From assembly GCA_951406725.2 (NCBI GenBank), contig OX597818.1, forward strand, positions 27,528,001-27,592,000: a stretch of 64,000 bases of DNA. Direction: 5' to 3'. Origin of the DNA: Octopus vulgaris. Taxonomy: Eukaryota. Positions within the stretch are counted from its first letter, which is position 1, and every line of letters begins with the position of its first letter. Of this stretch, positions 25,216 through 38,620 are shown piece after piece. The notes beneath the pieces are model-generated. The model did not search any database. It saw only the letters and a list, made by a program, of their open reading frames with translations, and was not told where the DNA came from. Made by a program: the position numbers and the translations under genes.

Positions 25216-28200
25216 AGCTATTTCGGCACTCCATATAAGACATCACCACAATGGCAGCTAAAATCAGGATCGGCAGCGACGTTATCAGACCCTTTAATGG
25301 TGAGGTCGATGTAGTGGCCTGGATGCGTAAAATCAGGCTTGTGGCGAGACTGCAAGGCATTAGCGACGTGGCAAGCCTTATGACACTGTATTTGGAAGGG
25401 AGCGCGTTGAATCTATATCTTGAGATGGACGAAGAAGAACGTCTGAGGGAGGAGAAGATTTAGCAACGTCTGAAAGATGCTTACACAGAGTGTAAGTACA
25501 CAGCCTTTGTTAAGCTGGGCACGATTAGATGGACGGGAGAACAGGTGGATGAATACGCGGCGGAGGCGAGAAGGTTAGCCACGCTGGCTGGGTTTGCAGG
25601 AGAAGGCCTAGAGAGAGCAGCGTGACTGGTGTTCGTAAGTGGGTTCCCTGACGGCGTAGGGACTCGACTGCAACACTTACCCGAGAGCAAAAATATGGCA
25701 CTGAGCGAACTTGTGACTCTAGCCCGCGTGTTGACGCGAAACACTGGATGGAAGGCGATAGCGATGGCGGTAACGGAGGCGCATAAAGACGGACGATGGC
25801 CGGAGAAAGACGCTAAGAAATCTACCGTGCAACGACAGCGGTCGTTCTCAGGCTGGTGTTTTAGATATCAGGGGCTGCACATGGCGAGGGAGTGTATGCA
25901 ACAGGGGCTCATCTGCTATCGATGCAGGCAGACAGGGCACATTGCCCGTGATTTCAACCAGGGAAACGACCGTGGGGAAGTTGCTGCCTCTCGAACTTTC
26001 CCACAAACGAGTAGAGGCGCTTTTGGAGACGCTGCCCTTAATTGATGTCGAGGCCAAGGGGAAAACGTTTAAGGCCCTCGTGGATACGGGTTGCACGACC
26101 ACCCTCGTGACTTCAAGGGTGACGAGGAAATGGAATGGAGCAAGTAGCGTTCGGGCGGTCGACGGCAGCGAAATCCGTTGCAAAGGCAGCAGCAAGGTAG
26201 AGATAGTGGTGTGAGGTGCGGTGCTAAGGCTGCAGGTAATTGTGGTTGAATGCGTGATAGACGGGGTTGATGAGGTGATGGGGATGGACGCCATCAACTG
26301 CCTCAGTGGCATCAGTATTGTAGGAGATGAGGTTACGTTCGGAAGCGTGGGGGTGTCGTGCCCTGTGAGTCAGGACCGCCAGAGAGGCAGAGCCCCACGA
26401 AGGACTGCGCCGCTTACACCATCGAGGACAAAGATTTTCAGGCGGCGTTCAATGGTCAGCGGTGGACGATAGAGTGGCGATGGAAGGACGAGCTCCCGAT
26501 GCTGAAAAACAGAGTAAGCTGCTACCAGCATACGCTGAAAGGTCACGCCAGGGTCGAGTTTGAAGATGAGGTGGAGAGGTGGATCGAGGAAAGGGTCCTT
26601 GTCCCGTGAGAGGAGGAGGTAGTGGGTGGAGTGCTACCTCTGATGGCGGTGGTGCAGCCGACGAAGGGAAAAGTCAGACCGGTGCAGGACTTCAGAGAGC
26701 TAAATGAGCATATATCATTATACACGGGAGGTGAGACGACGGACGTTTGTGGCGAGACGTTACGTGCGTGGAGACGGTCGACCAAGGCAGCGACGTTTGT
26801 CGACTTGAAATTGGCATACTTGCAGCTCCATGTGAGTGACAAACTGTGGCTATATCAGCTGGTGCAGTACAAGGGCCGAACATACTGTTTAATCAGGCTG
26901 GGTTTTGGACTGAATTCCACTCCGAAGATCATGGCAGCAGTGCTTAAGTCCGTCCTAGGGAAAGAGGACAAGATTAGATAGGCCAACAGTTCCTACATAG
27001 ATGACATTTTGGTGGACGAAACTGTAGTGCCAGCCAAAGAGGTAGTGAAACATCTGGAGAAGTTCGGACAGATTGCAAAGCCACCGGAGTCGATGGAAGG
27101 GGGAGCTGCACTGGGGCTGAAGCTGCGAAAAGATAGATCGGGTGAGTTGGTGTTCTGGAGAGGGAATGAAATCCCAGAGCTGAGTTCCAGTGTCAGCAGG
27201 AGAGAGCTGTTCTCGGTGTGTGGGAAGTTGGTCGGTCACTACCCGATCGCTGGACGGCTGTGCACGGGCGGGAGAAGGGACAGTGGCGATGATGCAGGAA
27301 ATCCTAGAGAGGACGAGAGCAAAAGACCCGGTCAGGGGAAACTGGTATGTGCCCAAGATGGAATGCGGGACCGTCTGGTGTGATGCTAGCAGTATAGCGA
27401 TAGGGGTTGTGTTGGAGATTGAAGGCACTGAGGTGGAGGACACGGCCTGGCTTCGGAAAGCAGATGACTTTAATCACATCAATGTCACCGAATTAGACAC
27501 AGTGCTGAAAGGGGTGAACTTGGCCCTGAAATAGGGACTGTGCTCAATCGAAATCCGGGCGGATTCGGCCACTGTGCTTGGCTGAGTTGGATCAGGGATC
27601 ACCAGTGAGAGGAGAGTTCGGACGAAAGGTGCCGCGGAGATGTTGGTGAAGTGCCATCTAGGAGTTCTAGGAGAATTGATTGCTGAGTTCAGACTGAAGC
27701 TGAACGCGGTTTTCGTGTCTTTGAAGAGAAACAGGGCAGACGCACTGACCAGGGTAAACAGAGCATGGTTGGAGGAACTGGAGGAGGCACAGAAAGGGAT
27801 AGCTGCAGCGTGTCGGTTGGATGACTCTGAACTGAAGAGACTGCATGCTATACATCACTCGGGTGTGGACAGAACCCTGTATCTCGTGAAGAAAATTGAT
27901 GCTGACATTACTAGGAGAAGCATCCGGAAAGTGGTTGGGAGCTGCGACAGGTGTCAGTCCATTGACCCTACTCTGTGTGGACATGAGCAAGGAAACCCTT
28001 CGGTGGAGCACAACTGGAAAAGGCTAGTTGTGGATGTGACGCACTACTGTCAGGGAATGTATCTCTCTATGGTCGACTGCAGGCTGGGTGGCCATTTGGA
28101 GGGAGTTGAGAATGGGCATTGCTGACGAGATTGCGTAGATTTTGAACGGGATATTTTTAGAGAGGGGTCCCGTGGAAGAACTGCTAATGCACAACAGGGC

Positions 28201-28796
28201 AGAGTTTCATTTGGAAGCGTTGAGGGATATGCTCGACCAGTGGAAAGTGCGTCATTTGTTTAGAGCAGTGTATAGGCCAAGCGGTAATGGAATCATAGAG
28301 AGGCACCATTGGACAGTCAAGGCCATAGCGGAAAGAGGGCACATTTTGCTGTTGGAAGCAGTTTTCTGGTACAACATGTCTCCCTGATCTGGACAAGCTG
28401 AAGAATCTGTGCCACACAGAGCGGTATTTAAATATGAATAGAGGCATCCGAGTAAAGCGCCAGAGGGCCACAAGGAAGAGAAGAGACCCGCTTGCATGAA
28501 AATAGGGGAGGAAATCTGGGTTAAGTCACCGAAGGCGTACTGTATGTCTCAAAGGAGCAAAGGAATGGTGATGGCGGTCAATTCCAGAAACAACGTCTCC
28601 ATGGATGGAATGCTGCACCATGTCTTGCACCTTTGAGGATTGTCGCTTCATTGGATGACAATTGTGAAGAAGAGGAGAACGAGGTGCCTAGCCTGAGAAG
28701 ATCTCAACGTGCAAGGCGCCCTCCCGGTTGGATGGTGGTCTGCGTCAACGAAGAGAAGGTAGGTGTCTTTATTTCAAATCTCCCGCATACACCACA
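24944..28796 (+). mobile_element. Ty3/gypsy-type LTR retrotransposon (gag-PR-RT-RH-IN), disabled; 3' LTR truncated
   Basis: Gag CCHC remnants (CYRCRQTGHIARD), protease LVDTGC, RT VRPVQDFRELN and YIDD, RNase H WCDASS, integrase HH..CDRC and GNGIIERHH; TGTG...CACA ends; flanks TTAAT/GTAAT. Confidence 0.9.
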
Positions 28797-29651
28797 GTAA
28801 TTCATAGTTTAATCTCTATTTACATATTTTCTTCCTTGATTTTAATGTTCTCTCTTCATTCCTGTCCTGACCTGGAAAGGAGCATTCTTTCTGTCCGTCC
28901 TTATTCATAATGAGACCCCCACCTCCCCATGTATTGGTTTATTTTGTGTACAAGTTAATTTACCTTCTCAGTTACTAATAATTCAATGTTGCAGTAATTG
29001 CTTAATATGTTTGTTATCTTGGTTTGGGAACCCTATTAACTCCTAATCACTCAGCTACTACACTCCTATAAAATACTGTCATTAGTTGAAATATTAGCAA
29101 TAGGAAGAATATAAAATTTTGAAAATGGTTGCTCCGATAATTCTTCCAAATTGGATCCTCTAAAAGCAAGTAAACTTGAAGGAACATCAGAAAAAAATTT
29201 AAAGCAACACACACACACACACACACACAAAAAAAAAAACATGATAAAATTTTTAAATGATAAATCATTAATTTTCAAGTTTATTTATAATAGTACATTA
29301 TTTATAATAGTACATTTGGATCTCAATGAGTTCGATGCCTTGTAATAACAGGATGTTTCAATATAAGTATGTGAAGTAGGATAGGCAAACTGAGTGAAAA
29401 TCTCTCATTGTCAGCTGCTTTCCAAAGCACAAAACCCAGGATACAGATCCTGAAGTAAAGCACCATTTTACAAATGAGAGAAGCTTTTACTTTTAAATGG
29501 AAAGAAGTATTCAAACAAAACCATTATTTAACACTCATATATATATATATATATATACACACACTGTTTTAAATTTTGTACTTGTTATTTGTTATATAAG
29601 CACAGATGTTCAAAAAGAAAAATGCTTCAAAAATAAGAATGGTATGTAAGG

Positions 29652-29960
29652 TGCAGGCATGGCTGTGTGGTAAGAAGCTTGCTTCTCAACCACATGGTTC
29701 CAGGTTCAGTCCCACTGCATGGCATGTTGAGCAAGTGTCTTCTACTATGGCATCAGACAAAGCTTTCTGAGTGGATTTGGTTGATGGAAACTGAAAGAAG
29801 CTCATTGTACATATATGTATATACCTATGTATATGTATCTTTGTGTCAGTGTGTCTGTCCCTACCACTACTTGACAGCCAATGTTGATTTGTTTATGTCT
29901 CCTTAACCTAGTGGTTCAGCAAAAGAGACTGATAGAATAAGTACCAGGCTTTAAAAAATA
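29652..29960 (+). mobile_element. tRNA-derived SINE
   Basis: A-box TGGCTGTGTGG, B-box-like GGTTCAGTCCC; same family as 14365-14732 and the fragment at 63150-63285. Confidence 0.8.
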
Positions 29961-30074
29961 TAACCACAGAGACAGAAATAATAACAGTTACAAAGAATAG
30001 GTTAGAATATAAGGTGCTCAACCAGAAAATAACCTGCCTTCTGGTTATAGTGTGACATACATAGGTTTTAAGTT

Positions 30075-30263
30075 ATGTATGTATGTATGTATGTATGTAT
30101 GTATGTATGTATGTATGTATGTATGTATGTATGTATGTATGTATGTATGTATGTATGTATGTATGTATGTATGTATGTATGTATGTATGTATGTATGTAT
30201 GTACGTATGTACGTATGTACGTATGTACGTATGTACGTACGTACGTACGTACGTACGTACGTA
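30075..30263. repeat. (TATG)n grading into (TACG)n microsatellite
   Basis: Directly visible. Confidence 0.95.
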
Positions 30264-30590
30264 CTCAAGAATCATCTTTGTAGTCATAAAACGAGACAGA
30301 TGAGTGACAACCTGGCCACTGGTGGTGGTGTAACACACCATACTAATCATATCTGTCAGGCATGTGAAAGAGAGTGTAATTCGGCAGGAGGACTTAAATG
30401 ACATGCAAAGATACATGAAGCCCAGTTACAACTACAGCTGGCTATTACCAGTAAAGGTTTTCGTTGCCAATTTTGTACAAGACATTGTAGATCTTTGGCT
30501 GGGCTAAAAAGTCACATTCGATCACAGCACCAGTAACAGTTAAGCTTCATGCAATGGCCATACTCGATAACGAGGGGGCAGCCATAATGT
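30264..30590 (+). mobile_element. 3' end of a LINE encoding tandem C2H2 zinc fingers, with (ATGT)n tail
   Basis: LKNHLCSH..CQACERECNSAGGLK*HAKIH..CQFCTRHCRSLAGLKSHIRSQH* (one internal TGA); short 3'UTR running into TATG repeats. Confidence 0.6.
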
Positions 30591-31039
30591 ATGTATGTAT
30601 GTATGTATGTATGCATACATGCATGTATGCTTGCATGCATGTGTGCATGCATATGGATAGATAGATAAATGCAGGTATTTATGCATACACATGTTCACAA
30701 GTGTACATATAAGCATGTACATATATGTAAATGCATTTATTACCTGCTAAAAGGTTTGAATGATTTACATATTTTGATAGTGTCTTTGATGACATGTACT
30801 TATAATCTCTTGATGATTTTGTGAAACTCAGTTCTTTAAGATTAGTGCAAGGGAATTGGTATGAAGTGCTCCAAAAATTGTATGTAGAAATATAAAACCA
30901 TAATCTGGATGGACAAACTGGAGATTTCTCAACATAGATATGTTCTTTTTCAAAGGCTTTTAATATGAATGTTAACAACTGATTTCAACTAACTGTGCCT
31001 AATTTTTATTTCTTTATCTCCTCTGTACCAACACCTTGT

Positions 31040-31290
31040 AAAAAGCTCTCATGCCAACACCATGTAAAATGCACATGTGGCCCAGTCATGTAAAAGCACC
31101 CATGCCAGCACCTTATGAAAAGCACCAAGTACATTTCATAATGTGGTTGACATTAGGAAGGACATCCAGCTGTAGAAATCTTGCCAAAACAGACAGCTGG
31201 TCCCTGGTGTAGCCTTTCGGTTTGCCAGCTCTTGTCAAACTATCCAACTCATGCTAGCACAGAGAATGGAAGTAAAATAATAATGATGTT
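31040..31290 (+). mobile_element. RTE 3'-UTR/SINE-tail copy
   Basis: Same conserved tail motif. Confidence 0.75.
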
Positions 31291-31399
31291 TCAGATCATT
31301 ACGTCTGTTAGGCTCACATTTTGCTAGTCTTTATTAGAATATTCGTTCATATTATGTTTAAGCTATGCATGTAGGTATTGCATGTATGTATGTTTCCCT

Positions 31400-31900
31400 C
31401 ATCTCAGTAGCTTCTTATATTTGTATCCTCAAAATAATCCTTTCTCTGGATATGTTTTTATTTTGTACAATAATAATAATGATATTACATTTCCTAGAGA
31501 GGTAATATCTTAATTACATTTCTCAGACAATTAATTATGATGTGAATGATATCCTCTGTTAATTCGAGAGAGTCTGCATCAGTTGCTGTATCTGGTTGGT
31601 TTATTTGTATCTATATCCTGTTTGTGCATCAGGTAGTTGTTATTTCTTTTTCTAGCATTGCAAAAACATATCCTTTAAAGTAAGAGTTAATATCTTGCTG
31701 TTAGTCTAGCATAGACTACCCTAGATGTCAGTGTTGCTGTCACTTTGAAAATTTCTTGACATATAGCCATATATGATCTTTTGTGATATGTATACAACTT
31801 CTCTTCTGATGTTGAAGTAGAGTTGTGCAACTTCTCTGGTTGTATATTTCTGATCATAAGTCAGGAAATAATTTCTGAAGAGCTACTTTTAAACCCTTAT
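31400..31900 (-). mobile_element. Decayed fragment of an RLE-type (R4/Dong-like) non-LTR element
   Basis: Minus-strand GYVFAMLEKEITT followed by a CRL..H remnant; probably the same old element as 38200-38620. Confidence 0.4.
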
Positions 31901-32099
31901 GATTGTTACAAAGTGTTTATATCCTCATTGCCACTGTTACAATGTGTTTATTATATATAGTTTCCTCTGTCCACTTTGTTATGTTGTTACAGGTGGCACC
32001 ATTATGTTCTTATCACCACTATTATGTCGTGGCAGTTTCTATATCTCCTATCATTGACTCGTCTATCATGCTACCGGAATGGCTTGTCTATCACGCCAC

Positions 32100-32372
32100 C
32101 AGAATGGCTCCCGTGCAGGTTGCACATAAAAAAACATCTTTTGAGCATGGTCATTGCCAGAACTGCCTGATTGGCCCTCATGCCGGTGGCACATAAAACC
32201 ATCCACTACACTCTCGGAATGGTTGGCATTAGGAAGGGCATCCAGCTGTAGAAACTTTGCCAGATCAGATTAAGCCTGGTGCAGCCTTCTGGCTCACCAG
32301 TCCTCAGTCAAACCGTCCAACCCATGCCAGCATGGAAAGTGGACGTTGAACGACAACGACCATGATGATGAT
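32100..32372 (+). mobile_element. RTE 3'-UTR/SINE-tail copy
   Basis: Conserved tail with (GAT)n end. Confidence 0.8.
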
Positions 32373-32979
32373 GATATCTCAGTGACAAGAAGGCTACTTC
32401 TTCTATTTAACTTCAGAATTTTGATCCAGAACAAAGATTCTTTATAGCCTTATGAATGTATCTGGAACATTAGCAAGTTGAAGAGATTCTAACATTCATG
32501 AGTGGAGAACAGAACTGAATGCTTCCAGTAATCTAGCGAGACTATAACCAAGTTCCTTCGATGCTATCATGCATATTTAACATCATAATTTTGTTAACCA
32601 AGGGCTGTTCAATACACCCTCAAATTCATTTCTTCTCAGCTGTTGGTTCAGCTGTGATGATATTATAACTAACAGAATGTCTTGGAAGAATAAAAATTTT
32701 ACACACAGAATTCTAGGGCTGGTAGTTTTCACCAGTTTTGTTTCTGCTAGTACCAACCAGGTTGGTTTGTTTATATTTCCACTGAGAGCTTACAAATAAA
32801 TGTCAAAATTCTGATAGAAGTTCAGTTTTTTTTGTACTAGTTTCAAGTAATCAGGTCTTGTCCTGATAATTTCCTATCCTGAAGTTTGGAATAACAGCAT
32901 CAAAAGTTTTATTTTTGATGCTGTATGCCTTAGGAACAATATTTGTCTCATTTTACACTCTGATTAAAATCCTTTGCCT

Positions 32980-34235
32980 GACAGCAATAAAAAGTATGAA
33001 GGCAGGGAAAACACCCAGCCCATCAGGAATTACTGCAGAGATGCTCAAAATATTTGGCAGTGTCAGCTATAGCCTAGTCACCTGTATAGTTAACCAGGTG
33101 ATACACGAAGGAGTCATACCCAATGACTGGTGTAGCAGCATAATAGTCAACTGCTACAAAGGTAAAGGTGACGCTTTAGATACAAATAATTACAGAGGTA
33201 TCAAGCTGTTGGATCAGGTAATGAAGGTCACAGAGAGGGTCATAGCCCAACTAATTAGGGAGAGAGTCAGTTTAGATGAGATGCAGTTTGGGTTCGTGCT
33301 AGGGAAAAGCACCACTGATGCTATATTTCTGGTAAGACAGCTGCAGGAGAAATACCTAGCCAAAGAGAAACCTCTGTACCTGGCTTTCGTTGACATGGAG
33401 AAAGCCTTTGACAGGGTCCACTGATCCCTTATCTGGTGGTCAATGAGGAAACTAGGGATAGATGAATAGTTAGTGAGAGCTGTGCGAGCCATGTACAGGG
33501 ACGCTGTCAGTAAGGTGAGGATTGGCTACAAGTACAGTGAAGAATTCCGTGTAGAGGTAGGGGTCCACCAGGGTTCAGTCCTCAGCCACCACCTATTTAT
33601 CATAGTCCTCCAGGCAATAACAGAGGAATTCAAGACAGGATGCCCCTGGGAGCTCCTCTACGCTGATGACCTTGCTCTAATTGCTGAGTCACTATCAGAA
33701 CTAGACGAGAAGTTTCAAGTGTGGAAACAAGGATTAGAATCGAAGGGCTTTAGAGTCAACCTAGCTAAAACCAAAGTCCTAATAAGTAGGAAGGCAAGCA
33801 AACTACAAATCCCTTCAGGTAGATGGCCCTACTAACACTCTGTCGAGTATGCACACTGACATTACACATCCATCGAAGCATACTGGTTTCATTCCTTGTG
33901 AGCTTATGCATGTCCTCAGCAGTCACGGTCCATGTTTCACTGCCATGTAGTATGGTTGTTCATACACATGCGTTATACAGTCTACCTTTTACTCTGAGTG
34001 AGAGGCCCTTTGTCACCAGCAGAGGTAAGAACTCTCTGAACTTTGCCCAGGCTATTCTTATTCTAGCAAAGTTGTTCTCCACACATTTTCATTTTGTATC
34101 TGCCACATACAAAAACTATCTTCCCAGTTAGCCTTCCTTTGATATTGCTGCACCTCTTATGTGTCCATAGCTTACACTGGGTACATTTTATAGAGTTTCT
34201 ACCTACGCCTCTTCTACAGATCGAGCAGGGCCATC
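32980..34235 (+). mobile_element. RTE RT fragment whose distal part (33831-34235) is inverted
   Basis: NYRGIKLL, FVDMEKAFDRV, GVHQGSVLS, LLYADD on the + strand; the continuation is on the - strand. Confidence 0.9.
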
Positions 34236-34894
34236 AGCACAGAATAATTGTTTAGCTAGAGATAGCACTGCCAAATTCCTGTTTGAAATATATAGTTTTC
34301 AAAGTGACAACTAGTCATTGACCTATAAAATAGAAAATTACTATTTAAATCTCTCAACAAGAGTAAAGATAAATTTGCCAACATAACATGGTAGTCCTGG
34401 TTTAGGATGAATGTTGCTGTAATTTAGCCCCAGGAGACATTGTCTCCAGTTGGCTATATGACATGATCTGTGTCCATATATTGTTTTGAGCTGAGTAGGG
34501 ATGCTAAATGCTCTTGTTTGAAAATAATAATAATCTACTTAATACAGTAAAAGATCTTTTTTGACTAAATGGAAACAATGAAATGATACAGGAATGGACT
34601 TCCTAGAGGACTAAATTATTTTACAACAGAATAATTGTACCAACAAATAACATTTGTTAAGTGCAAACAGGTGTTTGATTGTAATAATATTTTTCTAAGT
34701 AGAATTCTTTTTCCTCAAAATATATCTTCAACTCTTCTCTGGTTAGTTTAATTTTGTCATTTCTAGCCATATTGTAATAGATTTCTATGAGATAAATTCA
34801 TGTTTGAGATGAATCTCACTGTGATTGTGAATAAAATGCTTTTCCAGTGTATATAATCAGGAGAATAATGAGCCATTTAACAAGGCTGATAATT

Positions 34895-37800
34895 TATCAT
34901 CATCATCATCATTGTTTAATGTCTGTTTTCTGTGCTAGCACGGGTTGGATGGTTTGACCGGGATCTGGGAAGGCAGGAGACTGCACCAGGCTCCAGTCTG
35001 ATCTGGCAGTGTTTCTACAGCTGGATGCCCTTCCTAATGCCAACCACTCCGTGAGTGTAGTGGATGCTTTTTATGTGCCACCGGAACAGGTGCCAGGGGA
35101 GGCTGGCAGTGTCCATGATCAGTTGGTGCTTTTTACGTGCCACCGGCACAGAAGCCAGTCAAGGTAGCGCTGGCATTGGCCACGTTCGGATGGTGCTTTT
35201 TACATGCCACCAGCACAGGTATCACAACTACAATTTCCATTTGATATTTATTTTGATGTTGATGTACTTGACTCAATAGGTATCCTCAAACACAGCAAGT
35301 TACCCTACGATCCAAGGTAAACACAGCAGGTCATTCTGCAATCCAAGGGCTGGGGCTATGTGAAACTGGTGCAGGAGGCAACCATGAACTCACATTATTT
35401 GTTGGGTCTTTGCAGTCACAGCATATCTCCAGAGATGTCGGTCTTTTGTCATTGCCTCTGTGAGGCCCAACATTTGAAGGTCATGCTTGACCACTTCATC
35501 CCAAGTCTTTCTGGGTCTACCTCTACCCCAGATACCTTCAACTGTCTGGGAGTGGCACTTCTTCACACATCTCTCCTCATCCATCAGCAGTACATGACCA
35601 TACCAGCACAAACGTCTCTCTTGCACACCACATCTGATGCTTCTTATATCCAGCATTTCTCTCAGGGCGCTTACACTCTGTCGTGTGTGCATACTTACAT
35701 TACACATCCAGCAGATCATGCTAGCTTCATTTCTTTCAAGCCTACACATGTCCTCTGAAGCCACAGCCCATGTTTCACTACCATAAAGCGTGGCAGTTTG
35801 CATACATGCATTGTACAATCTACCTTTCACTCTGAGCGAGAGACCCTTTGTCACCAGTAGGGGTAGAAGCTTTATAAACTTTGCCCAGGCTATTTGTATT
35901 CTAGTGGTGACACTCTCTGAGCATCCACCTCCACTACTAACTTGATCACCAAGGTAGCGGAAACTATCAACTACTTCTAGTTTCTCCCCCTGGAGTGTGA
36001 TGGAATCTGTTTTCTGAGTATCTGTGGTGTCTATTGCCCCTGTGCATCTGCTGCACATGAAAGCTATCTTCTCAGTTAGTTTTCCTCTTATGCATCCATA
36101 GCTTACATTGGGTATATCTTATGGAGTTTCTACCTACACCTTTTCTACAGATCGAGCAGGGCCACTTAAGTGAGCGGGTGTTTGATGAGTTCGCCTTTCT
36201 GCTTACTATAACTTTGGTCTTTGCTACATTTACTCTAAGGCCTTTTGATTTTAAATCTAGCTTACACACCCAAAATTTCTTTTCTAGTTCCGGTAGTGAT
36301 TCTGCTATGAGGGTCAGGTCATCAGCATAGAGGAGCTCCCAGGGGCAACCCGTCTTGAATTCCTCTGTTATTGCCTGGAGGACTATGATGAAAAGAAGGG
36401 GACTAAGGACTGAACCTTGGTGGACCCCTACTTCTACCTGGAATTCTTCACTATACTCGTTGCCAATCCTAAGCTTACTAACGGCCTCTCTGTATAGGGC
36501 TTGTACAGCCCTTATCAACCATTCATCAATCTCCAGTTTCCGCATTGCCCACCAAATAAGGGATCGGGGGACCCTGTCAAAGGCTTTCTCCAAGTCCACA
36601 AAAGCTAAGTAGAGGGTTTTATCTTTAGCTAGATATTTCTCCTGCAGTTGTCGATCCAGGAATATGGCATCAGTGGTGCTTCTACATGGCGCAAAACTGA
36701 ACCGCATCTCATCTAAGCAGACTCTCTCCCTAATGAGATGGGCTATGACCCTCTCTGTGACCTTCATCACCTGATCCAGCTGTTTAATACCCCTGTAGTT
36801 ATTTCTATCTAGAGTATCACCTTTACCCTTGTAGCAGTTGACTATGGTGCTGCTATGCCAGTCATTGGGTATGACTCTGTTATGTACTAACTGGTTTACA
36901 ATGCGGGTGACTAGGCCATAGCCCACACCACCAGATGCTTTAGGCATCTCAGCAGTGATTCCTGATGGGCCAGGGGCTTTTCCTGGCTTCATACTCTTAA
37001 TTGCTTTATCTACTAGGGAGCTGTCTATTGGGATAGCTGGTCCCTCTACTGGGTCAACATTTGGCAGGCTCTCCTCCTCCCATTCATTCTCCACATTCAG
37101 CAGTCTTTCATAATGGCTTCTCCACACCTCTTTCTTTTCAGAATCACTAAAAGCAAGTGCACCATCATCCATGCGGACACATTTCGCTCCTGTGACATCA
37201 CAATTTTCTCTCACACACTGTCTTGCAATCTGAAATACCTCAGTTCTTTGGTCCTCACATTGCTGGACATTCGCAAACTTCTTTTTTGCTTTACTCTTGG
37301 CTATGCATACCTGCCACCCAGCCTCCCTTCTGGCTACCTGGTACCGTTCCCTGCTACCACTATCCTTTCAGGTTTTCCAGGCCTGTTTCTTTGCCCTAAC
37401 AGCTTTGTCTACCACCATGTAGCTCTGGGTCTGGAAGGGACTTTGCATCATCCGCAGACTTGGTCTGTGGCACTCAGTAAGCTGTCCCATAGGAATTTCC
37501 AGCTACCTTCTATGTCCAATGTCTGTAGGTCCTCCTCCCTCTCATCAAATTTCTTGATGAGGATGTCCCTAAATCTCTGACCATGTGAAGGGTTCTTTAG
37601 CTTCCAAATCCTTCTTTTCTGGATTGGCCTGCTTCTTGGTATCCTTCTGGCCTTGAGCCTAAAGTCACTAATGACTAGCCTATGCTGTGGAGTACATTCT
37701 TCACCCAGGAGGGTCTTTGTATTTAAGAGCAACCCTGTGTCCCGCTGTCTGGTGAGAATGAAATCAATGTAGCTAGCAGAGTCCCCTGATTGATAGGTTA

Positions 37801-38010
37801 TAAGGTGGCTGTCTGGCTTCCTGAAGTTAGTGTTGCAGATTAAAAGGTTATATGCATCACAGAATTCCAGTAGCCTAGTCCCCTCATAGTTTCGGGTGCC
37901 AATACCATGGCTACTATGTACCCCAGTGAAGATACCAGATTCCCGCCCAACATGCCCATTAAAGTCTCCAGCCACAAATATGAGGTCTTTGGAAAGAGTA
38001 TTCATCATAT
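34895..38010 (-). mobile_element. Near-complete RTE-clade LINE (APE-RT-C-terminus-3'UTR) with a few frameshifts
   Basis: APE AGDFNGHVG, YIDFIL, PQHRLV (37448-38008); RT (36072-37214) with LLYADD; C-terminus RGRPRKTW; (GAT)n tail. Confidence 0.95.
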
Positions 38011-38062
38011 ACTAAGTGAATACTTTCCCAGACTAAATATGCAACATTCCTCATCAGAGGTC

Positions 38063-38175
38063 TAGTATGTATGTATGTATGTATGTATGTATGTATGTAT
38101 GTATGTATGTATGTATGTATGTATGTATGTATGTATGTATGCATGCATGCATGCATGCATGCATGCATGTACGTA
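38063..38175. repeat. (TATG)n/(CATG)n microsatellite
   Basis: Directly visible. Confidence 0.95.
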
Positions 38176-38199
38176 TATATGCATGCAAACATACATGTC

Positions 38200-38620
38200 A
38201 GTCTGTCCTGTTTTTAAATTCTTCCTCTGAAAAAGGAGCTGGTTTCTAACAAAGATACAAAGCTCCATCTTTGGAATGTAGATAATGAAAACAATGTCAC
38301 ATTTTAAACCTGAGGAAAAATTGCTTAGTTTTACTCTTTTGCTTACAGATTGTATTTGAAATGTGTAAATCAGTTGGTTCGTTTCTTTTTCTGAAAATCC
38401 AAGCTTATCCAGACTGACAGTTAGGCATTTACTTACAAAACCAAGTGCTCCAATTATTATTGGTACAAATGTAAATTTGTAATCTGGATAGAGAAGCTGT
38501 AAGTTTTGAAGCAGTTTTCATACTTATCTTCTTTCACTTTCATTTTCAAAGAGATATTCACATCAGCAGAACAGCTGACTTCTATGATGGTACATACTTT
38601 TTCTTTCCCTGACTGAAATT
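38200..38620 (-). mobile_element. Restriction-like endonuclease (RLE) 3' fragment of an R4/Dong/Hero-type element
   Basis: KVCTIIEVSCSADVNI..K..KY followed by FTFVPIIIGALG in a shifted frame. Confidence 0.65.

Noticed and set aside
25961-25967. -1 frameshift slippery site GGGAAAC at the gag/pol junction
   Set aside because: In phase with gag, but the downstream protease ORF is +1 in this decayed copy, so it cannot be confirmed.
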